The position numbers and the translations under genes are program-made. Below the pieces are notes generated by a model. It had not been told where the DNA came from. It searched no databases and saw nothing but the letters and a program-made list of their open reading frames with translations. A stretch of 64,000 bases of DNA, taken from positions 8,866,001 through 8,930,000 of the forward strand of contig CM069174.1 in assembly GCA_035221665.1 (NCBI GenBank), read 5' to 3'. Shown in pieces: positions 49,185 through 61,578 of this stretch. The number at the start of each line of letters is the position of its first letter. The first letter of the stretch is position 1. The DNA is from Okamejei kenojei (taxonomy: Eukaryota).

Positions 49185-49572
49185 TTAGCATGTTAAGGCT
49201 TGTCCTACTGGACAAGTTGGATCTTTTCAGAGGGATATGGTCTCCATTTATTGAATATTTAAAGGGTCAAAATGGCTCGGTACGAGAGCCTGACTGAAGC
49301 CTGAAAAATGGAATGGATGAAGAATCATATATAACAAATCATGGATATATCTCCAATGATGGATAACTCTTTTAATACTCCACTCATTTATTTATTTTTT
49401 GATTTTCTACTTTTACTTTATTTTTCTCTATCTTTTCCTATCTACAATAAAAAATGTATAGAAATACAAATAAGACATAATTGTTAATATTAATAATATT
49501 ACGAATGTAAGTGAGAAGTATATTCTATTAATATGTACTTGCGTCTAATAAAAATATTTAACAAAAAAAAAA
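49185..49572 (+). mobile_element. L1/Tx1-like LINE 3' end
   Basis: ORF end ...DKLDLFRGIWSPFIEYLK resembles the L1-clade FxxxWxPFxxY motif, followed by an AT-rich UTR with AATAAA and an A-tail. Confidence 0.5.
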
Positions 49573-49713
49573 GATCAACAGCAAGTAGCAAGCACTATTT
49601 GCAAGTAATTTCACTTGGAGTTGGGGAATTTGTAAAATGGGAATTAAAAAAAAAAAAACTGGTCCAAGCCCAACTGTAACCAAAAGTAGTAGTGAAATGG
49701 AGGCAGGCAAATG

Positions 49714-49845
49714 GACTGAAGAAGGGTCTCGACCCGAAAACCTCACCCATTCCTTCTCTCCAAAGATGCTGCCTGTCCCGCTGAGTTACTCCAGCATTTT
49801 GTCTACCTTCAATTTAAACCAGCATCTGCAGTCCTTTTCTACACA
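49714..49845 (+). mobile_element. Short PLE-derived element
   Basis: CTGAAGAAGGGTCTCGACCCGAAAAC...GCTGAGTTACTCCAGCATTTTGTCTACCTTC...CCAGCATCTGCAG. Confidence 0.85.
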
Positions 49846-51777
49846 TTAAAATGGAGGCTTCAGCAAGTATTAAAAACAGAACAGCTCTTTTGTTATATAT
49901 AGATAGGAAGTTTAAATTTATGAACTTTACATTTAGCCCTGAACGATTGCTGCCTTGCCTTGCACCTTGCTGCAGAAGAATGATAATCTTGATTTAATTT
50001 AATTGTGTAGAATAATCTTTAAACATTTTTCAGTCAAAACCACCTCAAAAATGCTGTTAAAATGCTATTTACATTAGCTAAATACGTCAGGAATATTACA
50101 ATCAGTAACAACCTATTCATATAGTGAAAGGCTTTTATTATGAAAATATTTAACGAAGTACATTTCCCTTCCGAAGGGCTATATCTATTCAAATTGACAA
50201 CATGAAAAAGGTCAACATTTTGAAACGCCAATTGCGGAATCTTGGATTCCCAAGCAATTGTGGTCATTTGAACAGCGCTGAATGCATCTGGTTGCTCGGT
50301 ATTTGGGAGTTTGTAGTACTCTACCCAACCTATATGGATGAGAGGAAAAGAGGAAGCATGCAAAATTGAAGAGGCTTGCAATTTTCTGGGTTGTCCGCCA
50401 GTGCAAGGTGCAGTCTGAAAGATTTTTAATATGCATCTCTAATGGCACCAACATTTATCCGGTGAATGGATAAGATAAACCCAACCAGGTTGTCACAGTT
50501 CAGTTCTGTGCTTAACTGAACAGCAGCTGTCAACTACAACTGGCTGGGTTGACGAAATAGGTTGTTGTTCCCAATCCCCCATCCAGTGATCCCTGCTGGA
50601 AGTACACAAGCATCAGGGGAGAACTCAATCAGGAATAACAGAGGACAGCCTCCCCTGTGGTCGGGCTGCCTTTCATATGTGTTGTTGTCTTAAATGGGTA
50701 CTTTGATCAAGCACTAAGGGCAATCAGTGACAGAGACAGAACCACAACAAAAATGCCAACACCTTGTCAAGAAGGCAAGGGAAAAATCAGCTCGAGGAGA
50801 AAGGATTTCTCAGTTCCATGAGGACATGTGCTCAGTTTTTTTCATTTCCAAGCCCAGCGGTAAACTACGACTGTAGATATAACTTAAAATATATTTTAAA
50901 GACTGCAAACAGCATGGAATTATGAAAGCACTAACGACACACCAAATTACAAGATTATACAGACAACAATGCATTGCATAAATTGTTCAACAAAATTATG
51001 CTGAGAGCGGTACAGTAAATATACCAACAAATTACACTTTTTTACCGCTCTTAGGAAGTTTGCTGATGTGATTTGCTTGTCATCTCTCGCACAATGTTTC
51101 CTGAAACACCGTGACATTTAATCAAGAAATATCAGGAAAACAAGCTAGAAAATATAACTTGGGTGCATGAGAGTCCCGAGTCCCACAACAAACATTCTTC
51201 CTTTCACTCAATTGTAATGATGTTGGCAATGTCCAATGCAAGCTGCGGACCACACAAGTCTGTCCTCTTGGTTAAATCCTTTCAGCTCCTTTATGAAGGA
51301 CCCCTTTACAGATCATTTTAATTTTGACAAATCAGATCAGAAACAATCCGCAAGAAATAAGTCACATAAAATTGGAACAGAACCAAAAAGCTGCCTGCAG
51401 TGCACCTCAAACTTATTTTGTGCATCTCCTCGTAATAAATTCCTGAGCTCAGAAAATGAGACTGCTGACCACATAATGGAGCGACCCAAGTATACAATTC
51501 AATTCCTTCATCTGAACAAATTAGTGTTTCCATTTGTCTGCATTGATCAAAGATAGACACATTTAACTGCCTATCCTTCTAACTCTTCTTAAACAGAAAT
51601 GAGCAAGAACAATACAAAAACCCTTCAATTCTCTCATGTCTTTCATAGCCACAAGATAACCCAAAGTGTTCTGCACCCCAAGAAATATTTTTGAAGCATG
51701 CCATCGTTTGAAAGCCAAAGGGTATGGGGTAATAGATCAGCAGTAAATAGGGTCAAATGGGTTAAACAAAAAAAACC

Positions 51778-51809
<32 letters not shown>

Positions 51810-51924
51810 TCTTTATGTAGGTATATGGAGGATTCATAACATGATAGACAAGTTTGCAGCAAAAATAGAGATAACATGGGCTTGATCTCTTGGCCTTTAT
51901 AGAGACATAACTTCAAGGTGGACT

Positions 51925-52205
51925 TCAAGGGTGACATGAGAATTAAGGGACAGAAGTTTCGGGGTAACGTGAGGGGGAACTTCTTTACTCAGAGGGTGGT
52001 GGCTGTGTGGAATGAGCTTCCAGCAGAAGTGGTGGAGGCAGGATCGATTTTAACATTTAAGAGTAAAGTGGATAGGTATATGGACGTGAAGGGAATGGAG
52101 GGGTATGGTCTGAGTGCAGGTAGATGGGACTAGGGGAAAACAAATGGTCGGCACGGACTGGAAGGGCCGAGAGGGCCTGTTTCCGTGCTGTAATTGTTAT
52201 ATGGT
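51925..52205 (+). mobile_element. CR1 LINE 3' end
   Basis: ORF RIKGQKFRGNVRGNFFTQRVVAVWNELPAEVVEAGSILTFKSKVDRYM plus the tail GGGCCTGTTTCCGTGCTGTAA. Confidence 0.88.
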
Positions 52206-53299
52206 TAACCCTGTACATTGAATGTTTCAGGGTACTTGATCTCTTTGAAAACTAGGCAGAATGTATTACCCCATGCCCTTTGGCTTTCAAACGATGGCAT
52301 GCTAGGAATTTGGGGGGGGGGGGGGGGGGTGGGGGGGGGAGAAGAGATGAAAAATGAAAGAGATAGCAACTCTGACAATAACAAATAGCATGAGGGTAGG
52401 GAGATACACACCTCGGCTAAATATCGGAGCAACACAAAAAGACAATTAAAAAATACTAGTGAGAAGTCTAGAGATTCCTTGACAGAAACAGTACTGATGG
52501 ACATGGCTTCAATCATGAAATAATAGGAACTGTAATAAAAAGTTGTGTAATGACCATTAAAAATCTGAAAATCAGAATGGTACAGCACAAGAACAGGACC
52601 TTTGACCTGTGCCAAACATGATGCCAAGACCATCTACCTGCACATAATCCATATCCCTGCATATCCATAAGCCTCTTAAATGCCTCTATCATATCTAAAA
52701 TCTTCAGAGACTGCTCAAATCAAATTGACAAAGGTGATATTGAGGATGGGTTCATGAAATGCATTGCAGTGTCCCACAGCAATACTGGATGCATTGATGA
52801 GCAAAACACTGCAGGATGTTGGAAATCGGATACAGAAAATGCTGAAAATCAGAAACAGAAGGTGCTGGAAATGCTCAGCATATTAGGTAGCATCTGTGAG
52901 GAAAGAAACAGTTAATGTTTCAGCTCAATGACCTTTCAACGAGGATAGATGCAATGTGTGGAATGAGACCACACCTCACCAAGGAATCCAACGAATGCTT
53001 ATCGACCTGAAATGTCAACTGTGCTTTTCTTTCCAGTCGATGCATTGGCTGCCATTTTCCAAAATCCTAGATTCTGGAAAGGTCGCAGCAGACTGAGAAT
53101 AGAACAGCAAACATGACACAGCTGTAGAAGGGAGGAGGAAACAGGAACTTGCCTGGTGGCTAAACCATCATGGCTATTACATGCATTGAAGACTGAGAAA
53201 GGTTTTTGTACCACAAGTGAAATCAAGGGCTGTGGGCAAAATGCTAGAAGTATTAAGGAAATGATAACTGAGCAGGTAGAAGAACACAGTGTAATTATA

Positions 53300-54425
53300 G
53301 AGAATGAATATCGTTTTATGAAACTTTAAGAAACGTATAAGCAGGGCCAACAGTGGGGAATCGGTGGATGTAGAGTTTTTGGATTCCTAAAACACTAGCT
53401 GAGCCGACACCTGACCTCAGCATGGTAGAGGATGGCCTATCAGATTGCAATGGCACTATAAAAATATCATTTTTGACATGGTAAGCTGTCGGGTTCCGCA
53501 AGTGTCAAGCCTCAGCTATTAATCTATTACAATGACTTCGATAATGGGACAAGGTGGAATGCATTTATGTGCACTACAGTACTCGGGTTGGAAAGAGCAG
53601 ATAAAAATAACTGACGGGAGAAACAAGAGACTGCAGATGCTGGAATCTTGTGTTTAAAAAAAAACTGCTGAAGAAGAATCCTGACCAGAAATGCCGTGTG
53701 TCCATTTCCCTCCACAGATGCTGCCTGGCCCACTGAGTACCTCCTGTAGTTCTTTTTTAAATCTACAAAGGGATATAGGCAGATTAAGTGAGTGGGAAAA
53801 GTGAGAGCAGATGGAATATAATTTTGTGAAATACAAAGTCACCAACTGGTACAAAGATGAGAAGGCTCGATAATTAGATATTGGTGTTTGGCGAGGTCTG
53901 GGTGTCCTCGTACAACAGAGTTAGCACCCCTCTGAAAAAGAAAGACATTGGTCTTCATGTCAGGGTGGACGGAGAAGAGCAGGAGTTTTTTTTTAAAACT
54001 ACACCTCAACAGGACTTTGGTGAAGCATTGTTTTTGGTCTTGAAAAAAATACCTTTGCTTTGAGGGCAGTGATTCCTAGGATGGAAGGATAGCAAAGGTA
54101 GTACACCCTGGGACAACCCACTGGGAATTCAGAAGAATCAATGATCTCATCTAAGGGAGCTTAAGGCTGCAGATACTGTGAGGATATTTCCTCTAGTGGG
54201 AGGGTGCAGGACTAGAGTACAGTATCAAATAAAGGGTCAGTCACTCGATTGAAAGGCAGAGGAATTTCTTCTCATTAAGTCTGTGTATCGTTTCCCCAGA
54301 GAGTTGTGAATATTAAGTTATTACATGTATTTAAGCGTTATGGGAATATGGCAGAAAAAAAGATAAAGATCAAATGAGCAACAATCTTATTGAATAACAG
54401 ATGATCTGCGCCGGTTCCTATTTTC
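53300..54425 (+). mobile_element. Decayed CR1 RT/3' fragments with a PLE-derived element nested at about 53620-53760
   Basis: GGGTTCCGCAAG...CCTCAGCTATT, CTACAAAGGGATATAGGCAGATTAAGTGAGTGGG and GGAATTTCTTCTC blocks are CR1 RT remnants. The nested part reads GACTGCAGATGCTGGAATC...CTGAAGAAGAATCCTGACCAGAAATG. Confidence 0.6.
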
Positions 54426-55539
54426 CACTTACGACAAGTTCTCATAAACAACCATATAACAATGACCAGATAGCCCTTTTTTAAAAAAAAACACAGAAAA
54501 GCATTAGTTAGGACCAGAGGTCTGTTCAGTTACAAAATTAAACCCAAATGCATTTTTTTTTCCCTAAATCCAACCATCACCAAATGCCTGCCTGCTTCCT
54601 TCTTGCTGAATTAGCAACAACCACACGAATGTGAGATGTGCCACACACTGAATGGACTAGTCATTCATAAAGAAACTTGCTCAAAGGTTTCAACCAATGC
54701 TGTTTTAAAACAAAAAGAGGCTACATAATGGATGGACTGTGTTGCTGCTGCAAACAAGATTGTTATTGTACCTCACCGTACATTGTGCAAGCGACAACAA
54801 AATTGACTCGGCACAAAGTGTGGCACAACCGTTTGTTATCAAGTATGCTCAAACGTAACTTTAAGCTAATCAGGAATCATTCTTAATATCTTTAAAGGGA
54901 AGAGATAATTGAGAATAACTGAAGCACCAATGCCATTATTCGTAACTCACAATAGAACAAGCAGCAACTCAAATTTTGGCATCACTGCAAGAAAACCTGT
55001 GATTTATCTGCATTGTATGAGCATTTGAACGGAGACTTAACTGGACCAGGGGCATATGGAAGGAATGAACTATGTAGCAGCTACATAATTTAATCGAAGT
55101 AGAATTGAGTATAAAAGCCATGCATGGCAAAGAAATCTGCCCATGGCAGTCCAGGGTTACTCATTAGCCAACTTAGGAAATATGCCAATTTCTGAAATCC
55201 CACAGTAATGACTGACTCCCACAGTAATGCCACCCTTTAGAAAAGACGGCAATTTTAACCAAGCATTTCACAGAACTTCATTTCTCAGGATGATACTAGC
55301 TTTCATGTCTGGCCAGGGACCATCGTCTGACAAAGTACTATTTTGCGGAGTCAATTTAAATTTTGCTGCTTTCTTCCTTGCTCACCCAGCTTCCCCACAA
55401 ACGGATGGACTTTCCCCTCCGACAAGCATGATCACCCTGTGTTACTGGCAAAAAAAAAACACAATTCAGCACACAGACTTAACTCAGCCCATCTCACTGA
55501 ATGTGCAGGAAACAAAGACACAACACAAAGCTTTTTGCT

Positions 55540-56118
55540 TAAGAAGGAACTGCAGATGCTGGAAAATCAAACGGTAGACAAAAGTACTGGAGAAACTCAG
55601 GGGTGCGGCAACATCCATGGAGCGAAGGAAATAGACAACGTTCGGGCCGAAACACTTCTTCAGACTGATGTGAGGGTGGGAAGAAGAAAGGAAGAGGTGG
55701 AGCCAGTGGGCTGAGGGAGAGCTGAGAAGGGGAGGTGAAAGTAAGGACTACCTGAAATTAGAGAAGTCAATGTTCATACCGCTGGGGTGCAAACTGCCCA
55801 AGTGAAATATGAGGTGCTGCTTCTCCAATTTACGGTGGTCCTCACTCTGGCCATGGTGGAGGCCGAGGACAGAAAGGTCGGATTCGGAATGGGAGTTGAA
55901 GTGCGGGAGATCAGGTTGGTTAATGCGGACAGAGCGGAGGTGTTCGGCGAAGCGATCGCCAAGCCTACACTTGGTCTCACCGATGTAGAGCAGCTGACAT
56001 CTAGAGCAGCGGATGCGATAGATGAGGTTGGAGGAGGTGCAGGTGAACCTCTGCCGTACCTGGAAAGACTGCTTGGGTCCTTGAATGGAGTCAAAGGGGG
56101 AGGTAAAGTGACAAGTGT
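55540..56118 (-). mobile_element. Penelope-like element: GIY-YIG C-terminus and complete 3' terminus
   Basis: ORF 55748-56218 contains SIQGPKQSFQVRQRFTCTSSNLIYRIRCSRCQLLYIGETKCRLGDRFAEH. Candidate 11-bp TSD AGCTTTTTGCT at 55529-55539 and 56119-56129. Confidence 0.9.
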
Positions 56119-56409
56119 AGCTTTTTGCTCCACTTTTTACAGGGACGCTGATCCAGCTTCCCCGCAAACAGATGGACTTTCCCCTCCTACAACCACGAAC
56201 ACTCCACGTTACTGGCATAATTCAGAAGATGGACTCGGCCCATCTCGCTGAATGCGTAGAAAACAAAGAGAATTAATTTACAAGCAGACAACAGCTTAGT
56301 GGTTATCGACCCTGTAAGGACTCAACGCTTTGGAGTCTGCAGGAATTGAAGGTTGCTGTCCATAGACACTGTTGGGAGCAAAACTCAAAAGACTGACAGA
56401 CATGACATG

Positions 56410-56506
56410 CATAAGAAAGAACTGCAGATGCTGGAAAAATCGAAGGTAGACAAAAAAAGTTGGAGAAACTCAGCAGGTGAGGCAGCACGTTTTTGTCTAC
56501 CTTCGA
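56410..56506. mobile_element. Short fold-back PLE-derived element
   Basis: TCGAAGGTAGACAAAAA ... TTTTTGTCTACCTTCGA inverted arms. Confidence 0.8.
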
Positions 56507-56509
56507 CAT

Positions 56510-56662
56510 GACTTACGCAGTGCTTTTCACAACCCCAGGCTACCCCAAAAGCATTGTGGTCAGTGAAGCTCTCCTCTGAAGTGTAGCCTCTATTGTAATG
56601 TAGGAAGCACAGACGCCAACAGGCTCCTACAAACGGCAACGTGAGAATGGCCAGATAATCTG
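56510..56662 (-). mobile_element. Deu-domain SINE 3' fragment
   Basis: GAAGTGTAG...TTGTAATGTAGGAAGCAC...GCTCCTACAAACGGCAACGTGAGAATGGCCAGATAATCTG. Confidence 0.65.
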
Positions 56663-57144
56663 CTGGGAGGTAGGCTTAGACAAAGTCAGGCCAAACTTGG
56701 CAATATTGCAAGCTGGGTCCTAACTTGCTTCAGAGAGGTACAAGCGACACGGATCAACCCTCAAGTAAATGACTGAACGCATCATTCCAGCAAGGTATAC
56801 AAAACACAATCTCATCATCAAATCCATCACCTCATAATCATCAAAAACATATCTTACTCCAGGGCAAGTTTAGAATCAATCACAGTTATCACTCTTTTGT
56901 CTTCCTTTTCTTATTTGTCAGGGTTACCTTTACAATGGACGAACATCCCAAAGATCTGTGGTTGTTAGGTGGTTTAAAGGAGAACTGAGGTGTGGTGTGG
57001 GATGGGGAAAGAGGAAATGGTGGGTAGTTGATCAGTACGTGAGAGAATAGATTATAGGATTGCTCCAAGACCAGCATAGACTCGATAGACTGAATAGCTT
57101 CCCATCTCAGAAGAAAACATGAAAAAACATAAAAGAATCAAAAC

Positions 57145-57270
57145 ACGTGAGACTGTAGGTGCTGGAATCGTAAGCAAACAACAACAGTTGGAGGAACTCA
57201 GCGGGTCAGGCAGCATCTGTGAAAGGGATGAGCAGACAACGTTTGGCTCGAGATCTTTCTTCAGACTGGT
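57145..57270 (-). mobile_element. Short PLE-derived element
   Basis: GACTGTAGGTGCTGGAATC...GGAGGAACTCAGCGGGTCAGGCAGCATCTG...AACGTTT...TTCTTCAGACTG. Confidence 0.8.
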
Positions 57271-60068
57271 GGATCAGAGGGAATCAATGTTTCCCCAAAC
57301 TCTCGTAAGAACCTGATGGTATTTGTAATGTGCCACATCCTGATAAGACTTCATGCAGGCCTTTGTTTTCAGCTGATTTATGAATGCTGAAAAACCTTCG
57401 TGTTGTAGTCACAGGTGTACCAATATATCATTGCTTAGAATGGCAAGTCATGCCATTTCTAACTTGAAGGCATATCCTGCTCAGCAATGAAACAAAACAG
57501 CTTGGCAGCGATTTAAAATAAATCACAAATAGGAACCAGGATGAAAATCCCAAGGGTTCTCCTAAAACATGGAAGACGTACCATACACACAATCAATGCA
57601 CCTGTGTTTAATATGCCCAGATGCTGATGGTGACTTCACGAGATGCAGGCCCTGTCCGAACGATATTTCCATCGCTGGTGCACTACCATTTTGGTACAAA
57701 ATTGATATACTGGCATTGGAAACAGCAAATACAAATGAAAAATCCAGCTATTCAAGCCCAGCTGTTCTCAGTCCCTCCTCCCTTTTACAAGTCCTGTCAA
57801 GATTTTTAAAAAGTGCAGATTTTAAAAAGATAAGCCACCAGAATTAGGGAAGTGCAGAGATCTTGAAGGGTTGTATAGCGAGGGAGCAGGACAGTGGAGT
57901 AAAAGCAGTGAAAAATTCAAAAGCAAGGTTTTGCTTAATTATGAGTTAACATTGATCAGCAAGCCCAACAGTGAGTGACAGATGAAAGGGCTTAATCAGA
58001 GTTAAGATGAAGGAACCAAAGCTTCTAAGAGCCGAAGCTTACCAAGGGTAGAACAAGGGAGAGCAGCCAAGTACCCATAGGAATAATGTCCAGAGATTTT
58101 TAAAACAAAAAGATCACAGATATTATTTGAGTGGATATGGCATCCAAAGATCACAAAGACTTCACATCCCAGGACTTCAGTCATGTCAAGACTCAGTTGA
58201 AGGATATTTCTGTTCATCCAGCACTGGACAAGCAATCTGACAGCTTGGAGACAGTGTAGTTGTGGCAAGAGGTTCTAATGACGTGGAGTTGGGAGTCACC
58301 ATGGTGCATGTGGAAGCTAATATATTTTGGGCTGGCTGACATTGCCAAGGCACAGTGTGTAGATGAATAACAGATGGTGGTCAAGGTCTAATCATTGAAG
58401 GACACAAATATTAATGGTGCAGGAAAAGAAAGATAAGTCATTGCAAGTGATTCTCTGTTCCCAACTGAAGGGAGAGAAAATGAACCAGGTGCAGCCTACA
58501 CAGCTGTATGATGGCCAACAGCCATTTTAGTGAGACACTGTCACAACCAACGGCAGCAAACTGGGCAAGAAAGGTAGAGAGATTACATTTGTTATTTCAT
58601 CTTTGATAAGAGATGCTTTCGTACCTTGGAAAGATTCAAACAGTGTTTCAGGAAAGATAGACACAAATTTGAGCAACTACAACACATCATTGTTGACAAA
58701 AGCAAGTTTGGAATTGGTTTGCAAGGTCAAGGGGTCAAATTCATGATTACGGATCAGACTTCAAGTGCCAAGTCTCAGAGCAATATCTAATCTCCACCAA
58801 AGCTGAATATTCAATGGAGATATTGGGAAATGGTGTTCATGAAAGTAAAAATGAATAATTAATAATACACGAACACGGTCCACAATATTTGCATACTCAC
58901 CGCTTAATCAGCCATGGAATATTCACCATGTTATTTGCCTGGTCCCAAAAGGTTTGGAATAATAGGCACGCAAGTGTATCACTGCATATTTGAAAATGAA
59001 TAGATTGTAATGTTTCAATTAAACTACATCAGTCAGAAAGTAACTGCTTGTTAACTGCACTTCCAGCAACCTGAGGCAATTCATAATTCCAATTCGACAC
59101 CACCATATCAGCGAATGATTTGTGGCACACCACTGTTCGGCTTTGTACAATAAGGTGGTCACCCAAGTCTCAAGAAAAGGAACTAAAATGCATAGCAGAA
59201 AATTTGGACTTGGATTTAAACCCGAGATCCTCTCAAGGATGAGAATGATGCCCTTGCTATGTTGTTCATCCTCTCCAGGCAAGGGAGAGAACCTCACCTC
59301 TGTAGGTAGCAAATTATTCTGAGATGTTTAAAAATGCAGTTTTTTATTTTTTGGGGGTTTTTTTGGTTTCGTCTTAAATTTCTATCTCCACAATCAAACT
59401 ATTTATTTCTGGTGTGACAATTTCCTCCTCTGCTTGCCCTATTCATTTCTTATTCCTCCTAAATTAAAATTGGATGCTTGGTCCCATCATTCATCACGGT
59501 TCAAGATCCATAGATCCTAACCTTATCAGTAGTCAACTTGCAATTTTCAGCTGCATAACATCTTTCAGCTGACTGGAGGGGGCAAAAATTGATGGGAGCA
59601 CACCCAAGAGTGTGCTTCTCCAGCAAACTCTGAAGCGCTCTTTACTGATAAGAGGTCCAATGCCACGATCAAATGACTTAACCACACACACGTAAATACA
59701 ACCTAATCTTTCACTAATGGAAAAGACCAAGAACCGTTTTAACGGAAATAACCAAGAACTGCAAATTTGCGACAACTACTTAAAATCCCAAAGATTATAT
59801 AAACAATGATTCTACCACCTGTTGGAACTAATCATTTTAAATAGTTTCTTTGTGCAGCATGTGCATTTCCTGCCAAGTCAAACTGCACAAAAGTGTCATC
59901 CATACTTAGTTTTAGAAATAAACTCAAACCAGGTTCTTTATTCATCCTCAGTAAATTAATTTTGCCTTCTAGAGATTTAATTTACCTAAAAACTATCCAA
60001 GAAGGGTTAGACGAGTGAAGTTAAATGAGTGAAACCAACAAATAATTAAAAAGAGAACTTAGACATAC

Positions 60069-60173
60069 CACTCAGAGAACGGCTGGGTGAAGAGTGCTGA
60101 CTGTTGGGTGTGCTCACTGTGGGACCCACCATTGTCCCAGAGAATTCTTTGTCCATTGAAGAATCACCGCTTC
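60069..60173 (-). CDS. IKZF4: IKZF4 N-terminal coding exon (start-codon exon lies outside the window)
   Basis: Acceptor TTTTTCCCTGTGCAG|GA, donor G|GTATGT, 105 nt. Encodes GSGDSSMDKEFSGTMVGPTVSTPNSQHSSPSRSLS, matching Eos as remembered (GSGDSSLEKEF...VGPSVSTPNSQHSSPSRSLS), and joins in frame to ANSIKVE. Confidence 0.93.
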
Positions 60174-60367
60174 CTGCACAGGGAAAAAATGTGGTTTAGC
60201 AATATTGTCATTTATTGCTCAAAACAAATTTACACATGGAAACTTGTAAAATAAAATTTAAAGCAACATTGATGCAAATAACACTATGCATTGGGATTTG
60301 CTATTTCAAAAAAAAAACTTAAAAAGGTTCACATTAATTGTTGATCTGATAATTCAACAACATACAC

Positions 60368-60785
60368 AGTAGGCCCCCTTCGGTCACAACTGACCATGGG
60401 TGATGCATCCTAGTTTGCAGGTGACGTGTGGTCGGATGCAAGCCTGGGCAATATCATATGGAGGACAGGCTGTTGCCCATGCAGCACGTCCCCCCTCTCC
60501 ACGTTGCTGATCGATCCAAAGGAACAGCAGGGCCGTTACAATTTGGCACCAGCGCCGTTGCAGGAGCTGCCAGAGCGAGGTTGCAGACAATGATGAACTG
60601 CCTTAGGGGCTCCGACTCCGGATTTTCTTGAGGTTTACTCCAGGACTGGATATGGCCACAAGGCCGTGGAGGTTTTCCCTCTCCTAGATGGACCGCCTTC
60701 CCAGGCTGACAAGCCCCATCTGCCCGAGGCTCATGGGGGCGGGAGCGTCTACCTTCCCGTGCAGGTCTATAGCACCTGCCCACTG
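60368..60785 (-). mobile_element. GC-rich non-autonomous non-LTR element (RTE-type leader and 3' end)
   Basis: Minus strand GTCAGCCTGGGAAGGCGGTCCATCTAGGAGAGGGAAAACCTC resembles RTE-type 5' leaders. It ends CATGGTCAGTTGTGACCGAAGGGGGCCTAC. Sharp GC contrast with the flanks. Family assignment is uncertain. Confidence 0.5.
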
Positions 60786-60863
60786 TCAATATATGTCAAC
60801 ACCATCACTGCAAGAGTAACAATAATTCTAGATAAGTAATTCACTCATACACTACCAGCACAG

Positions 60864-61062
60864 ATAAGTTCATAAGTGATAGGAGCAGAATTAGGCCACT
60901 CGGTCCTTCAAGTCTACTCCGGCATTCAACAATCGTTGATCCACCTTTCCCCCATTCTCCTGCCTTCTCCCCATAACCCCTGACACCCGTACTGATCAAG
61001 AATCTATCTAGGCATGCCTTAAAAAATATACATTGACTTGGGCTCCACAGTCTTCCGTGGCT
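60864..61062 (-). mobile_element. CR1 LINE 3' tail
   Basis: GATAAGTTCATAAGTGATAGGAGCAGAATTAGGCC...TGCCTTCTCCCCATAACCCCTGACACCCGTAC. Confidence 0.8.
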
Positions 61063-61578
61063 GATGTCGAATGTACGGCCAAGACTCAAGATACAGAATA
61101 CTGATCAAGGTTCAACATATTCCAGGATCTCAGTACTTGATATCTTCTAAATTCATTGACCACATTTGGTGAGGCACACAAGGTGGACGACATTTCACTT
61201 AACAATAGTGAGAAAATTTTTTTTTGTATTTATAATCTGGGTCAGTGTCACCGATTTACTGAGCGGAGGCAGAAATCTTGCACATCAGTCAGTCAGCATA
61301 GTTCCACACAGAATTATTGATCTCTATGTAGTATTATTAATCATGCTTTTCTCAATGTTCATTTGGATTTGATTCCCTTTATTTGCCAATTGCACCTGTA
61401 CAATCAGAAAACCTAATTAACCATCTTACACTTTTGTAAACAAACTTATTTTTTGTGTCTTCGAAATCCATACAAGGCAAGAACGGATCATAAAAGAATT
61501 ACATGTGCCCTACACCCCAAAACCTTTATATTTTCTTAATTTCAATGGACAATTATTACAAAGGAGTGAGATGACCAA

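Noticed and set aside
57830-58750. Purine-rich stretch resembling a reverse-strand L2 remnant
   Set aside because: Similarity too weak to support by eye.
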